Part shown: positions 12,060 through 24,228 of the stretch, piece by piece
Layout: each line of letters starts with the position of its first letter
Numbering within the stretch: the first letter of the stretch is position 1
Made by a program: the position numbers and the translations under genes
The notes under the pieces: model-generated
The model's input: only the letters and a program-made list of their open reading frames with translations
Databases searched by the model: none
Told to the model about the DNA's origin: nothing
From: Octopus sinensis
Lineage: Eukaryota
DNA: 64,000 nt
Assembly: GCF_006345805.1 (NCBI RefSeq)
Contig: NC_043025.1
Span: 14,632,001 to 14,696,000 of the forward strand
Direction: 5' to 3'

Positions 12060-12100
<41 letters not shown>

Positions 12101-12424
12101 TACCAACTTTTAAAAGCGTGAAAATCAGACTAAGTTGAAATTTCAGTGATTGATATAGTCTTCTATAGACAAACTCATATACACACACACACACACAAAA
12201 TATGGGGTTTTAGTTCACTGGTGATCTAAACGATTAGGTACGCTAGATAATTGCTGTAACAGATTACTGGTACTCCAAGGTTTAAGCCGGGTCGGTAGTT
12301 ATGGAGCCATTTCAGATTTCCGATGCAGCGGATATAGAATTGTTAAAGAGGAGAACAGCAACAAACGTTAAGGCAAGACAAACATCTCAAGTCATTTACG
12401 GTATTTTCATAGGAAGACATTTGA

Positions 12425-12482
12425 TATCTTCCAGCTGTTTCTAGTATTTCCCCAATTAGGGGATATTTCGTCATCAGAGACA
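12425..12482 (-). ncRNA. Degenerate hammerhead-like motif in Penelope-like terminal repeat relic
   Basis: On - strand: tgtct-CTGATGA-(long imperfect stem II with cccc/gggg)-GAAAC-AGCT-GG-A-agata. U16.1 appears mutated to G. Confidence 0.45.
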
Positions 12483-13452
12483 GGAAAAGATGGGGAAAAT
12501 GGGAATGGTATATATTAATGAGAGGATGGCATGGAGGGAGGGAGTAAGTCCGTGGTTCAGCTTTCCACAGTTATAGAAACAAGAGCATGAGTCCTTAGGT
12601 GCAACCTTGCCTAGACCCATGAGCGTAAGTCTTTAGGTGCAATCCTGTGTAAGGTCCATGTGAAACAAGTAAAAGAATATATATATGTGTGTGGTGAAAA
12701 GTTCCTGCATTTAAGTAAAAGAAAATACGAGAGGATCAGTTAATTATGATTTTATTCAACACGTTAAAAGCACCAACCGATTGTGGCCGATGCCAGACCC
12801 ATCCCCTGGCACCTGTGCAGGTGGCACGTAAAAAACACCCACTACACTCGCGGAGTGGTTGGCATTAGGAAAGGCATCCAGCTGTAGAAACACTGCCAGA
12901 TCAGACTGGAGCCTGGTGCAGCCCTGGCTTCCCAGACTCCGGTCAAACCGTCAAACCCGTGCTAGCACAGAAAACGGATGTTAAACGATGATGATGATGA
13001 TGATATTCCCCTCTCAGATTCACACTTATTGCAGCAGTCCTTCAGTTTTTCTAAGCCCTGTAAAATAGCCTCCCACTATGTCTTTCACGATATTCTTAAA
13101 GCCTGGAACTTTCCAGCACTTTTTCCTATGTAGTGTTATGTACTAAAGGTTTAGCGTTTCAGATTTTGAATGACCGTACATAAGAGAACTGCCGGTTGTT
13201 GATTTATATGAAAAATTAGCAGAAACAGGTAGATTCAGTTGGGTGGAAAATAATAAAATAATAAAAATAAAGAACTTGATTTTCATAATCTGATTAACTC
13301 GTTATAAAAGCTCATGTGTATCTGACTACATATGGAGGAACGAAGGACCACAAAATCACCAAGCTGAAGAGAAATACTTCTTTCATTGACCCTGCATTCT
13401 GTTATATATGGTAGTAACAAATGCATTCTCTGTCTTACTGAGAAGATTAATA

Positions 13453-13844
13453 TCTTTCTATATATAAAGCTGAAGTTGTCTGTGTATGGCAAGTTTGGTA
13501 GCCTTCAACTAACACTATCTCCTCTGAGACTCTGTGGCGCAAGTTGACCAAAATTGAAAGTATGATAGAAGAAGGCTTGCTCTTCCTTCTGTAGAAGAAA
13601 AAATTCAAATCGGACCATGTTAAGACCAAAAATTGTTTACATCAAAAAGGTGCTTTTTTTCTATGAAAATCCCCATTTTTTACAATTTTTTTACTGTTGT
13701 GTTGCCATTTTTCGGTGTATTTCAAACAGAAAAATGTTCATTTAAAGAGAATAACAAGCTACATAATGCAAAATTTTTACTTTTCAAAAATTCCAATTCT
13801 AAAGGGTCGAAACAAACCCGAGCAACGTCGGGCGATATTGCTAG
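13453..13844 (+). mobile_element. Non-autonomous Helitron, complete termini
   Basis: A|TC 5' end, GC-rich hairpin CCCGAgcaacgTCGGG (13817-13832) 8 nt before CTAG|T. No TSD and no TIR. Confidence 0.88.
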
Positions 13845-14299
13845 TTATATTATAAAATTTCAATTTTCTAAATAAAAAATCTGAATTTACTTACAGATGT
13901 AGACACATGAGTAAATTTCTACTAAAACAGATTTAAGCTACTCAGTTGCTAATGAACGTTTTTTTTTCTCTTAGTGCTATAAAAAACTTTTATTTTTTTC
14001 ATTTTATTGTTTTTCATGTAAGAGTAGTTTTCGTTGCGTCATTCAGTTTTACATTACATGCGTGATTAACTTTTAATTTTAAAATAAGTTTCCTTTTTTT
14101 CTCGCCGTTAGAAAACATCAAACATAAAAACTTTACAGCATCTCTTCCAGATCGTCACATTCTGAGTTCTAATTCTGCCCAGGTCAACTTTGCGTTTCTC
14201 CTTCCAGGGTCAATGAAATAAAATTCCAGCCAAGTAACGGAAGTGATATAATTAACACCCCACCCTCTAAACTTTTGGTCTTAAACTAAAATTTCAAAC

Positions 14300-14380
<81 letters not shown>

Positions 14381-15464
14381 CATTATAAGATCATTGCCAT
14401 TATTATTACTATTGTTATTATTATTATTATTTATTAGTATAATAATTATTATTGCATTTCGTCTGTCTTCACATTCTGAGTTCAAATTCCGTTAAGGTTG
14501 ACTTTGCCTTTCATCCTTTCGGGGGTCAATAAATTAAGTACCAGTTACACACTGGGGTTGGTGTAATCGACTGATCCCCTCAGCTGGCCAAGTCATTACT
14601 ACAATAGGCAAGTTGCTTTGTGGTATTTCATTCGTCTTAACGTTCTGAGTTCAAATCCTGCTGAGGTCAGCTTTGCCTTTTCTCTTTTTGGGGTCATTAA
14701 AATAAGTAGCAGTCGAATACTGGGGTTGATCTAATTGACTTGATCCCTCTCACAAAATTGCTGGCCCCGTGGCAAAATTTGAAACCAATACTGAGCACAT
14801 TCTGATACACACACACAATATATATACGTGTGTGTATGTGTATGTGTGCGAGTATGTACAAATATCTGTGTGTAGGTATGTTATATCATAAGTTGATAGA
14901 TTACACTGTGTCTCACCTTAGTCTGTTTACTCACACACACACACAAACAGAAATTCAGACATAAACACATACGTGTTTATATATATATACGCACACACAC
15001 ACACATCTCAAGTGGAATCTACCTTCTTTCCTTTTGATGTTTATAAACTCAGTTCCCAGCATGTAGAATGTATACAGGTATGGATATATATATGCATGTA
15101 TGTATATATGTATGCATGTATGTATGTGTATAATTGTATGCATGTATGTGCATGTGTGTATCTGTGTGTGTGTATATATCTATCTATATATATATTTATA
15201 TGTGTATGTATATTTGTGTGTGTATATATATATATGTATGCATGTGTGTATGTATGTATAACATCAATAGATTTTTTTCTGTATACACGTGCATTAGTGT
15301 GTGTGTGTATATGCATGTACATGTTTATAAGTGTGTGTAATTGTTTAGCCTAAGATAATTAACGAGCAATTAGTTAAGACCCTAGACTATTTCCACTAAC
15401 GAACTTTTCTAATTCTTGGTATTAATTCTGCCATTGTTTTTGTTTTTGTTGTCGTTGTTTGTAG

Positions 15465-15561
15465 GAGCTGGAGAGGCAGGTACATTTCCGGCAACAAGCG
15501 CATCGCCTTATTGCCGAGGTGAGGGCCGACCTGGAGAAGCAGAGCGGATATATATCTGTAG
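15465..15561 (+). CDS. EHBP1: EH domain-binding protein 1, first exon visible in window
   Basis: Acceptor gttgtttgtag, donor G|gtgagt. Reads ELERQVHFRQQAHRLIAEVRADLEKQSGYISV, resembling the EHBP1 helix RERARQLIAEAR. Phase 0 to 1. Confidence 0.8.
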
Positions 15562-16136
15562 GTGAGTGACGCTTATTTCTTTATTGGCCACAGGGGGCTA
15601 CGCATAGAGGGGACAAACAAGGACAGACAAACATACACACATACACATACGACAGGCTTCTTTCAGTTTCTGCCTACCAAATCCACTCACGAGGTTATAG
15701 TAGCGGACACTTGCCCAAGGTGCCACGCAGTGGGACTGAACCCGGAACCATGTGGCTGGTAAGCAAGTTACTTACCACACAGCCATTCCTACACCTGTAA
15801 GAAGTTTCCAATCATCATCTGTTGTCCTCAGGGGTAATTGTCTTGGGTGGGTGCAGATTATTGTCCGGGAGGGGGGGTAAATGTCCTAGACTCGCTGGTG
15901 CTGGTGGTCATGGTGGGATGGGTGGGGTGATGAAGGTACTGGTGGGATGGGTGGGGGTGATGAAGGTACTGGTGATTGTGATGGTGGGATGGATGAGGGT
16001 GATTGGAGCATCAGTGGTGATAGCGGCTGTGGTGGTGGTGGGGGGCATGGTGGGGTTGATGGGATGATGTAAATGCGAGGATGTGGAACAAGTATGGTGT
16101 TATTGGACGCTCAGGAAAGGAAAGAAAGAAGGAGGA

Positions 16137-16171
16137 TTTTAACGTTTCGAGCGGAGCTCTTCGTCAGAAAC
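16137..16171 (-). ncRNA. Hammerhead-like motif (family B) in Penelope-like terminal repeat
   Basis: On - strand: gttt-CTGACGA-a-GAGCtccGCTC-GAAACGT-T-aaaa. Flanks are homologous to 39525-39700 and 61990-62240. Confidence 0.6.
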
Positions 16172-16448
16172 ATAGAAAAAATAAGGAAAAGTCCAAGAAA
16201 GGGAAGACAGAGGGAAAAAATCGCCAACGATTCACACGGGGTCACATATTGAAATGACTGGAAGGGAATGGGTGAAGAAAAAGTTCTTTCAAAGACGGGA
16301 GAGTGCAAGAGAAGGAGGTATATGTGGGTATGTGCATGCGTGCAGGTCTGTGTGTGTGTGTGTGTGTAATGATAGCATGTGTGTGTGTGTGGTTGGGCTT
16401 AGTATCATATGTATGTATATATAATGTTGTTTTGTTGCAATTTTTCAG

Positions 16449-16585
16449 AGAAAGATCTTGACAACAACACAAAGTTCCAACCCTTGAAACTAAAAAGGTT
16501 ATCATTAACCAAACCCAACATCAACTTGAGCCCCATCTCGTCGCCTGGGCCCACAGATACCAGAGAAGATGTGCCCACCCCTACG
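16449..16585 (+). CDS. EHBP1: EHBP1 linker exon
   Basis: Acceptor tttttcag, donor ACG|gtaact, phase 1 to 0. Open frame (E)KDLDNNTKFQPLKLKRLSLTKPNINLSPISSPGPTDTREDVPTPT. Confidence 0.75.
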
Positions 16586-16917
16586 GTAACTACCGACTTC
16601 ATTATTATTGTTGTTGTTGTTGTTGTTGTTATTAAGGAAGCAAGCTGGCAGAATTACTGCACAAAATGGTTAGCACCATTTCATCTGTGCTTACGTTCTG
16701 AGTTCAAATTCAGGTGACATCTACTTTGCGTTTCATCCTTTCAAGGTCAATGAAATAAGGCCCAAGGGAGCACTTACCGCCTCCCCCAATATTGCTGACC
16801 TTCTATCAAAATTTGAAACCATTGTTACTGGGGTTAATTTAACTGGCTAGCTCCCTCCCCATAAAATTTCAGGCCTCGGACCTCTAGTAAAGAGGATTAT
16901 TATTATTGAGTGAGAGT

Positions 16918-17310
16918 GGAGGCACAATGGCCCAGTGGTTAGGGCAGCGGACTCGCGGTCGTAGGATCACGGTTTCGATTCCCAGACCGGGCGTTGTGAG
17001 TGTTTATTGAGCGAAAACACCTAAAAGCTCCACGAAGCTCCGGCAGGGGATGTGGTGATCCCTGCTGTACTCTTTCACCACCATATTCTCTCTCACTCTT
17101 ACTTCCTGTTTCTGTTGTACCTGTATTTCAAAGGGCTGGCCTTGTCACTCTCTGTGTCACGCTGAATATCCCCGAGAACTACGTTAAGGGTACACGTGTC
17201 TGTGGAATGCTCAGCCACTTACACGTTAATTTCATGAGCAGGGCTGTTCCGTTGATTCGGATCAACCGGAACCCTTGTCGTCGTAACCGACGGAGTGCTT
17301 CCATCCATAT
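16918..17310 (+). mobile_element. Full-length tRNA-derived SINE family S2
   Basis: A-box-like TGGCCCAGTGG and B-box-like GGTTTCGATTCCC followed by ~330 bp of non-tRNA body. Copies at 5690, 33762, 46490(-), 54443. Confidence 0.9.
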
Positions 17311-17789
17311 TGAGTGAGAGAGCAGTGCATGCCATCAAAGTGACACTGGGGTACAAATATACAAAGCCCAGTATACCCATCATGATTACCCATCTGATAA
17401 GGGTACACCAGGCACATGCATCACAACCATATGTGCGCGACATGGTGATCTCATATCAGGATAAACAGCGCATGACCTTGCAGGTGGGGCCCATTTAAAA
17501 TTTTCTTCTGGTCGAGTAACCCATCCCGCTCAAAAGGTCCTTGAATAAGGGTTGTGTAAGGATGTAGAACGAACCACCCATGTTTCCAAAGGCGAATTAT
17601 CCAAACCCAAAGAATCCCTCTCAACACATGGCTATGATTTTCCCCCACTACTTCTGCTTGTGATCAGAGATGCACATATCGTCAGCCACTAAGGGACATG
17701 CTCAACTGGTTAAGGTCAAACAACTGACAAGCAAATCTGTGGTATTGAGCAGAATATTTGCTGTAAAACCCATCTTATTTTTTATTATT

Positions 17790-18070
17790 ATCATTATCTT
17801 CTTCTTCTTCTTCTTCTTCTTCTTCTCCTTCTTTTTCTTCTCTTTCTTCTCCTTCTCTTTCTTCTGCTTCTTCTTCTTCTTCTTCTTCTTCTTCTTCTTC
17901 TTCTTCTTCTTCTTCTTCTCCTTCTTCTTCTTCCTCTTCTTCTCCTTCTTCTTCTTCTTCTTCTTCTTCTTCTTCTCCTCATTCTCCTTCTTCCTCTCTT
18001 TCCTCTCTCCTCCTCGTCTTCCTCATTCTTCTTCTCATCGTCCACCCTCTTTCTTTCTTTCTCTCTCTCT
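17790..18070. repeat. (TTC)n/(CT)n polypyrimidine microsatellite abutting an EHBP1 acceptor
   Basis: About 280 bp, almost purely pyrimidine on the + strand. Confidence 0.95.
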
Positions 18071-18075
18071 TTCAG

Positions 18076-18148
18076 CCTCCTCCACATGACGAAGATGAAA
18101 TCTTTGACACCCAAAACAGTTTACTCAAAGTTCCAGGTTTATCAGAAG
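18076..18148 (+). CDS. EHBP1: EHBP1 small linker exon
   Basis: Very long CT/TTC tract ending ttcag, donor AAG|gtatgg, phase 0 to 1. Reads PPPHDEDEIFDTQNSLLKVPGLSE. Confidence 0.7.
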
Positions 18149-18186
18149 GTATGGCCTCTGCAAAGACTCTTTCTCACACTTTTGCA

Positions 18187-18220
<34 letters not shown>

Positions 18221-19125
18221 AATACCATACCTGTACCCTATCTGGTACCCTGTACACATCCAGGGGTAAGATAGGCATAGCCTATGTGGCAAGGAGTAAG
18301 CTTCACGACCTCATGGTTCCAGGTTCAATCCTAATCCGTTGCACCTTGGCAAATGTTTTCTACTGTAGCTTCTGACCGACCAGAGCCTTGTAAGAGGATT
18401 TAGACGGAAACTGGAAGAAGCCTGCTGTTGATCAGTTAACGTCCATTGTCCCTGCCGGCATGGGTTGGACGGCTTGACTGGGCTGGTCAGCTGGAAGGCT
18501 GCACCAGACCCCTTTCTAATTTGGCTGGATGCCCTTCCTAACACCATCCACTCCGAGAGTGTAATGGGTGCTTTTGCGTGCCACTGGCACGGGTGCCATT
18601 TGCGTGACACCTGGGTGCATTTGCATAAAAGAGATATATACGTGTGTATATACATATATCTCTTTTACTCTTTTACCTGTTTCAGTTGTTTGACTGTGGC
18701 CATGCTGGGGCACCGCCTTTAGTCGAACAAATTGACCCCAGGACTTATTCTTTGTAAGCCTAGTACTTATTCTATCGGTGTCTATTTGCCGAACCACTAT
18801 GTTACGGGGATGTAAACACACCAGCATCGGTTGTCAAGCGATGTTGTGGGGGGTGGGGACAAACACACACACACAAGCATATACACACATATACCCAACC
18901 CGTGCTAGCACGGAAAACGGGCGTTAAGCGATGATGATGATGATGATATATACGACGGGCTTTTTTCAGTTTCCGTCTTCCAAATCCACTCACAAGGCTT
19001 TGGTTGGCCCAAGGCTATAGCAGAAGACACTTGCCCAAGGTGCCATGCAGTGGGACTGAACCTGGAACCATGTGGTTTTTAAGCAAGCTACTTACCACAC
19101 AGCCACTCCTGTGCCTGTGTATATA

Positions 19126-19156
<31 letters not shown>

Positions 19157-19551
19157 GTGTGAATATATATTACAAAAGAAACCTTTTATTTTTCAGAATC
19201 AGGTTAATTAATCCAAAAACTTGATAATCTCATTAGCAATCACTAATCACTGACATTTAGGAATCTCGTTTAACTTATAAAGGTTAATTAATACGTCTTA
19301 GTATAACGAGCTCGCTGGACTGGTCTACGTTCGGCTGCTTCTTTCATCTGTTACTCGTTTCGCTTGTTAGACTGTGCCCATGCTGGGGCACCACCTTCAA
19401 GAATTTTGGTTAATTGAATCAACTGGAGTGTTTGTTTTTCTATTTAAGCCTCGTATTTATTTTATTACTCTCCTTTGCTGAACTGCTAAGCTATGGGGAT
19501 GTAAACGCATACATAAAGACACACGGACACACATATATGTGGGTGTTTGTG

Positions 19552-19583
<32 letters not shown>

Positions 19584-19786
19584 GGTGCGGGCATGGCTGT
19601 GTGGTTAGGGAGCTTGCTTCCTAGCTGCATGGTTTCGGGTTCAGTCCCACTGCATGGCACTTTGGGCGGGTGTCTTCCACTATAGCCCCGAGTCGACCAA
19701 AGCTTTGTGATTGAATTCGGTAGGTGGAAGTTACTGCCGTGTGCGTATAGCTGCTCAGTGCCCCTCTGAAAAAGAGAGAGGGAGTG

Positions 19787-19837
<51 letters not shown>

Positions 19838-19839
19838 AT

Positions 19840-20210
19840 ATCATCATCATCGTTTAACGGCTGTTTTCCGCGCTAGCACTGGTTGGATAGTTCAACCGGG
19901 GTCTGGGAAGCCAGGGGCTGCACCAGGCTCCAGTCTGATCTGGCAGTGTTTCTACAGCTGGATGCCCTTCCTAACGCCAACCACTCCGCGAGTGTAGTAG
20001 GTGCTTTTTACGTGCCACCTGCACAGGTGCCAGGGGGGTCCGGCATCGGCCACGATCGGTTGGATCTTTTAACGTGCCACCGGCACGGAAGCCAGCCAAG
20101 GCGGCGCTGGCAACGGCCACGTTCGGATGGTGCTTTTTATGTGCCACCGGCACAGAAGCCAGTCGGGGAGGCGCTGGCATCGGCCATGTTCGGATGGTGC
20201 TTTTTATGTA
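19840..20210 (-). mobile_element. RTE-type LINE 3' UTR fragment with internal ~65-bp tandem subrepeats and (GAT)n tail
   Basis: Subunit ggtgctttttacgtgccaccggcac... Same family at 3750-3995, 12770-13005, 21820-22110, 30710-31120. Copies at 37029-37672 and 39760-40390(-) are joined to an RTE ORF end (LGLTEEMTRDRDLWK). Confidence 0.8.
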
Positions 20211-20524
20211 ACATAATAGTTTAGATAGAAACCATAGGTTTCATATCTAGCGTGAACTAGACATTTCTTCATTATTTCTAAATGATAACCATTCTCTGCA
20301 AGGAATGGTTTTGTTTTAGACACAAGAATGTCAGGGATTGTTCAAGAAATATTCCTCTAAAAAGATTATGGCCGAGTGAGTTGTCTTCCTTCGCTTGGTA
20401 GATAGGTTTTACAATTATGAAGTAAAAATTTCCGAAAATGTGGACAACTCCCCACAGCTTCCGTCCTGATGTTCAGGTAGCCTCCTGGCTCATGTGAGTT
20501 TATGATGAAGATGGTAAAATGAAA

Positions 20525-20885
20525 ATGATGGCAACAACAATGACGATGATGACGATGATGATGATGATGATGATGATGAATGATGATGATGATGATGATG
20601 ATGACAATGATGATGATGATGATGATGACAATGATGACGATGACGATGATGATGACAATGATGACGATGATGATGATGATGATGATGATGACAATGATGA
20701 TGACGATGATGACGATGATGATGATGATGACGATGATGATGATGACAATGATGACGATGATGATGATGATGACAATGATGACGACGATGATGATGATGAT
20801 GATGACAATGGTTATGGTCAGGACCATCATATCAAAGATGATGACAGTGATGATGATGATGACAATGATTATGACAATGATGATA
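20525..20885. repeat. (GAT/GAC/AAT)n trinucleotide microsatellite
   Basis: Direct reading. Source of the spurious poly-D/M/I/S ORFs. Confidence 0.97.
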
Positions 20886-20938
20886 CACACAAACACATAT
20901 ACACCAACTAATGTCTGTCTGTTTGTCCTCTTTTTCAG

Positions 20939-20994
20939 ATGGTTTAACAGATTCAGTGACCTTCTGGGACATGTTATCGACATCTTCACAAGAG
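20939..20994 (+). CDS. EHBP1: EHBP1 small linker exon
   Basis: Acceptor gtcctctttttcag, donor GAG|gtcagt, phase 1 to 0. Reads (D)GLTDSVTFWDMLSTSSQE and restores frame into the bMERB exon. Confidence 0.7.
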
Positions 20995-21597
20995 GTCAGT
21001 CTCACATAATAAATATATATATATTTACTCAGACCTCTAGCAACCTCTTCCTTTTCTGGTCATTCCAGCATGCGGTGACCATCCAATACAAATGTATTTG
21101 TTCTTTCTCTCCATTTTTTTTTCTTTCCTTTTATTTTTCCTGATTTTTAACCGAATATAATTCTGTTTGCTTGTTTGTTTTTACTTTGCCTTCATGACTT
21201 TTTTTATTTTTGCACCACACACACAACACACATACATACACACAACACAAACACACACACAACACATACACACACATACATGCACACACACACATACATA
21301 CACACAACACATATACACACATACAAATACATGCACACACACACAACGCATACACACACAACACATGCACACATACATACAAACACACATACACACACAA
21401 TACATACACACACACACATACACACAGACAAGCACATACTCAGATGTAAATACACACACACACAGATATCCTGTCCACTGTAACTGCTTTTTCATTACCA
21501 CCACCACAACTACCACCACCGCCACCACCACAACTACCATCACCACCACCACCACCACTGACACTGTTTCTCTCTCTTTCTCCGTCCTTTGCTACAG

Positions 21598-21718
21598 GAA
21601 CTGAAAGACACCAACCAATATGTAAAGAGTGAAACCGAAGCGCTGGAGCGTGAACAGACGCAGATCGATGAGCGTGCCGCGAGCCTGGAGATGGAGCTAC
21701 GGACGGTCATGAAGAAAG
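21598..21718 (+). CDS. EHBP1: EHBP1 bMERB (Rab-binding) domain exon 1
   Basis: ELKDTNQYVKSETEALEREQTQIDERAASLEMELRTVMKK matches vertebrate EHBP1 KDTSQYVVGELAALENEQKQIDTRAALVEKRLRYLM. Canonical cag/gtgagt sites, phase 0 to 1. Confidence 0.95.
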
Positions 21719-22167
21719 GTGAGTGAGGGTTGGCCAGAGCTACAAATACTGTATACACGGACATGTAGTTTTAAATGTAAAAAGTGTGTCATCTTCAATA
21801 GAAGGATTATTGTGTATCATCATCATCGTTTAACGTCCGCTTTCCATGCTAGCATGGGTTGGACGGTTCGACTGGGGTCTGGGAAGCCAGAAGGCTGCAC
21901 CAGGCCCAGTCTGATCTGGCAATGTTTCTACGGCTGGATGCCCTTCCTAACGCCAACCACTCCATGAGTGTAGTGGGTGCTTTTTACGTGCCACCAGCAC
22001 AGGTGCCAGACGAAGCTGGCAAACGGCCACGATCGGATGGTGCTTTTTATGTGCCACCAGCACAGGGGCCAGGCGAGGCTGGCAACGGCCACGATTGGAT
22101 AGTGCTTACACACACACACACACACACGTACACTCAATGTCTGTTCCGTTGTGTCCACTATTTCCAG

Positions 22168-22267
22168 GCAACAATCGGTCCAAGGAAGAGCAACTGATGC
22201 AAGAATGGTTTCTTCTGGTCAACAAGAGAAACGCTTTGATTCGGAGACAGATGCAACTCAACATTCT
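22168..22267 (+). CDS. EHBP1: EHBP1 bMERB exon 2
   Basis: (G)NNRSKEEQLMQEWFLLVNKRNALIRRQMQLNI(L) matches [29 protein letters not shown]. Sites tttccag / gtaagt, phase 1 to 2. Confidence 0.95.
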
Positions 22268-22560
22268 GTAAGTACACAACTCACTCTCTCTCTCTCTATC
22301 TCTCATTTTATCTCTCTCATTACCACCAGTTTTACATCTACTTTGCATGGGTCAGACCATATGTATATATATGTATGTGTGTATATATATATGTGATATA
22401 TATATGTGTGAGTATATCTATATATATATATATGTATATTATATGTTACGTATGTTTGTGTGTATATATATATATATACACACACACAAACATGCATATA
22501 CATGCACAAGCTTATATATACATATACACATGCATTCACACACATACATATATGTGTGTT

Positions 22561-22602
<42 letters not shown>

Positions 22603-22728
22603 TTGATTACATTGACCCCAGTACATGACTGGTACTTACCTGAAAGAATAAAAAAAGTTGACCTCAGTGGACCTTGAATAATAATAATAAATATATTAAT
22701 GTTTTCTTTTTTCTTTTGTTGTTTGCAG

Positions 22729-22802
22729 AGAGAAAGAGGATGACTTAGAAAGGAAGTTCCAATTATTGACACGAGAGATACGGAACATTATGGACATTGA
22801 CG
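22729..22802 (+). CDS. EHBP1: EHBP1 bMERB exon 3
   Basis: EKEDDLERKFQLLTREIRNIMDID matches EKEHDLERRYELLNRELRAMLAIE. Sites tttgcag / gtaagt, phase 2 to 1. Confidence 0.95.
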
Positions 22803-22904
22803 GTAAGTCGTCGTCAGAATCATCGCCAAGTCATCGTCATCGTCATCATCACCACTATTGCTATTGGTATTTGTTTATTTCTGTTGCTTTGTTATCATTC
22901 GGTT

Positions 22905-23530
22905 TCAGTTAAAAGTTCAAAGTGGACTAAACCTTTCACAATAACTCTGAGCACCTTTTCAAACTCCACCCGTCTAACACCCGTGGACATATTTACAAAG
23001 TAAGAAACCAACACAGCTCCTCCCATGACTTTCGGAAACATTTTTTCACGCTGAGAGTTGCTGAAGCATGGAACAAACTGCCGGCATCGGTTGTTGGTTG
23101 TCGGAGCACTGCATCCTTCAAACCTTCCATGCTTTCTGAGATTCGCCAACACTACACCTGATTTCCTCCCCTCCATACACACACTGAAGCATGGAACAAA
23201 CTGCCGGCATCAGTTGTTAGTTGTCGGAGCACTGCATCCTTCAAACCTTCCATGCTTTCTGAGATTCGCCAACACTACACCTGATCTTCTCCCCTCCATA
23301 CACACACTGAAGCATGGAACAAACTGCCGGCATCAGTTGTTAGTTGTCGGAGCACTGCATCCTTCAAAACTTCCATGCTTTCTGAGATTCGCCAACACTA
23401 CACCTGATTTTCTCCCCTCCATACACACAAGCAAGCATCTATCTGACTCATACACTGTTCACTTTCCAGACATTTCTACATTACTGCATGTACTTTATAC
23501 GCACTTTCTGACAAGTTGTGGTGCACCTGA
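22905..23530 (+). mobile_element. CR1-type LINE 3' end with a 123-bp internal unit triplicated
   Basis: HPSNTRGHIYKVR...RKHFFTLRVAEAWNKLP frame. Units start at 23061, 23184 and 23307. A homologous single-unit copy is on the - strand at 35700-36160. Confidence 0.88.
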
Positions 23531-23986
23531 GCACTGTATACAATAATTTCATTATTATTATTATTATATCCCCCCAAAGAGATAACAACACCTTTCGTGG
23601 GTGAAGACCTTCTTTAAAAGCCTGGGGTGCTCGTGTTATCCCTTTCCCTACCCACTGTCTTTGGTGCTTGACATTTTTATAGAGGACCCACTTCTTGCCA
23701 CCAGTCACTCTTTGGTCCCAAAAAGGTTCTTTCGGGAAACGTGGCGAGGGAGAGATTAAAACACGGGAACAGAGAGAGAGAGTTAAAATGAAAAGTGCAG
23801 GACGAGTGCACACACACTGGGCTTGGTGGCAGGCAATGAGTAAGTAAACAAAGCACCTCCTCGCCCCCCCCCACACATTTATATAGAGTGTGAGTGAAAG
23901 TTTTATGAATGTGGTTCCATTTGGAAATCCCTGGTCAAAGATTACGATTCTCATTGTTTTATTTTGTTTTGTTTTTTTGTTTGTAG

Positions 23987-24101
23987 ACTGGCAAAAGACG
24001 GAAGCACAGAAGAAGCGAGAGAAACTGCTCCTGGACAAGCTGGTTGCCGTGGTGAACAAGAGAGACGAGTTAGTGCAGCATCTGGACACACAGGAGAAAG
24101 C
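23987..24101 (+). CDS. EHBP1: EHBP1 bMERB exon 4
   Basis: (D)[37 protein letters not shown](A) matches [38 protein letters not shown]. Sites tttgtag / gtgagt, phase 1 to 2. Confidence 0.96.
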
Positions 24102-24228
24102 GTGAGTGTTCATCTTTGTTTTTGGTCACGTGATTCGTCAGCATCATCACCACCACCACCACCTTTATTATCATTATCATCATCAACATCATCATCAACA
24201 TTAGTATCATCATCATCATCATCATATC

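Noticed and set aside
13325-13415. Possible extra EHBP1 exon (TTYGGTKDHKITKLKRNTSFIDP)
   Set aside because: No polypyrimidine acceptor, weak donor and no recognisable homology.
16918-16995. tRNA-like sequences (also 33762, 54443, 46690-46760 and S1/S3 heads)
   Set aside because: They continue into shared SINE bodies and lack a proper cloverleaf or acceptor stem, so they are SINE heads, not tRNA genes.
17794-18114. Poly-R / poly-F ORFs
   Set aside because: Products of the (TTC)n tract; only 18076-18148 has exon features.
20366-21604. Long ORFs of poly-I/S/D/M or alternating H-T, C-V, Y-I (also 11370-12194, 32494-33788, 44228-44881, 48663-49604, 61061-61689)
   Set aside because: Translations of microsatellites, with no splice or homology support.
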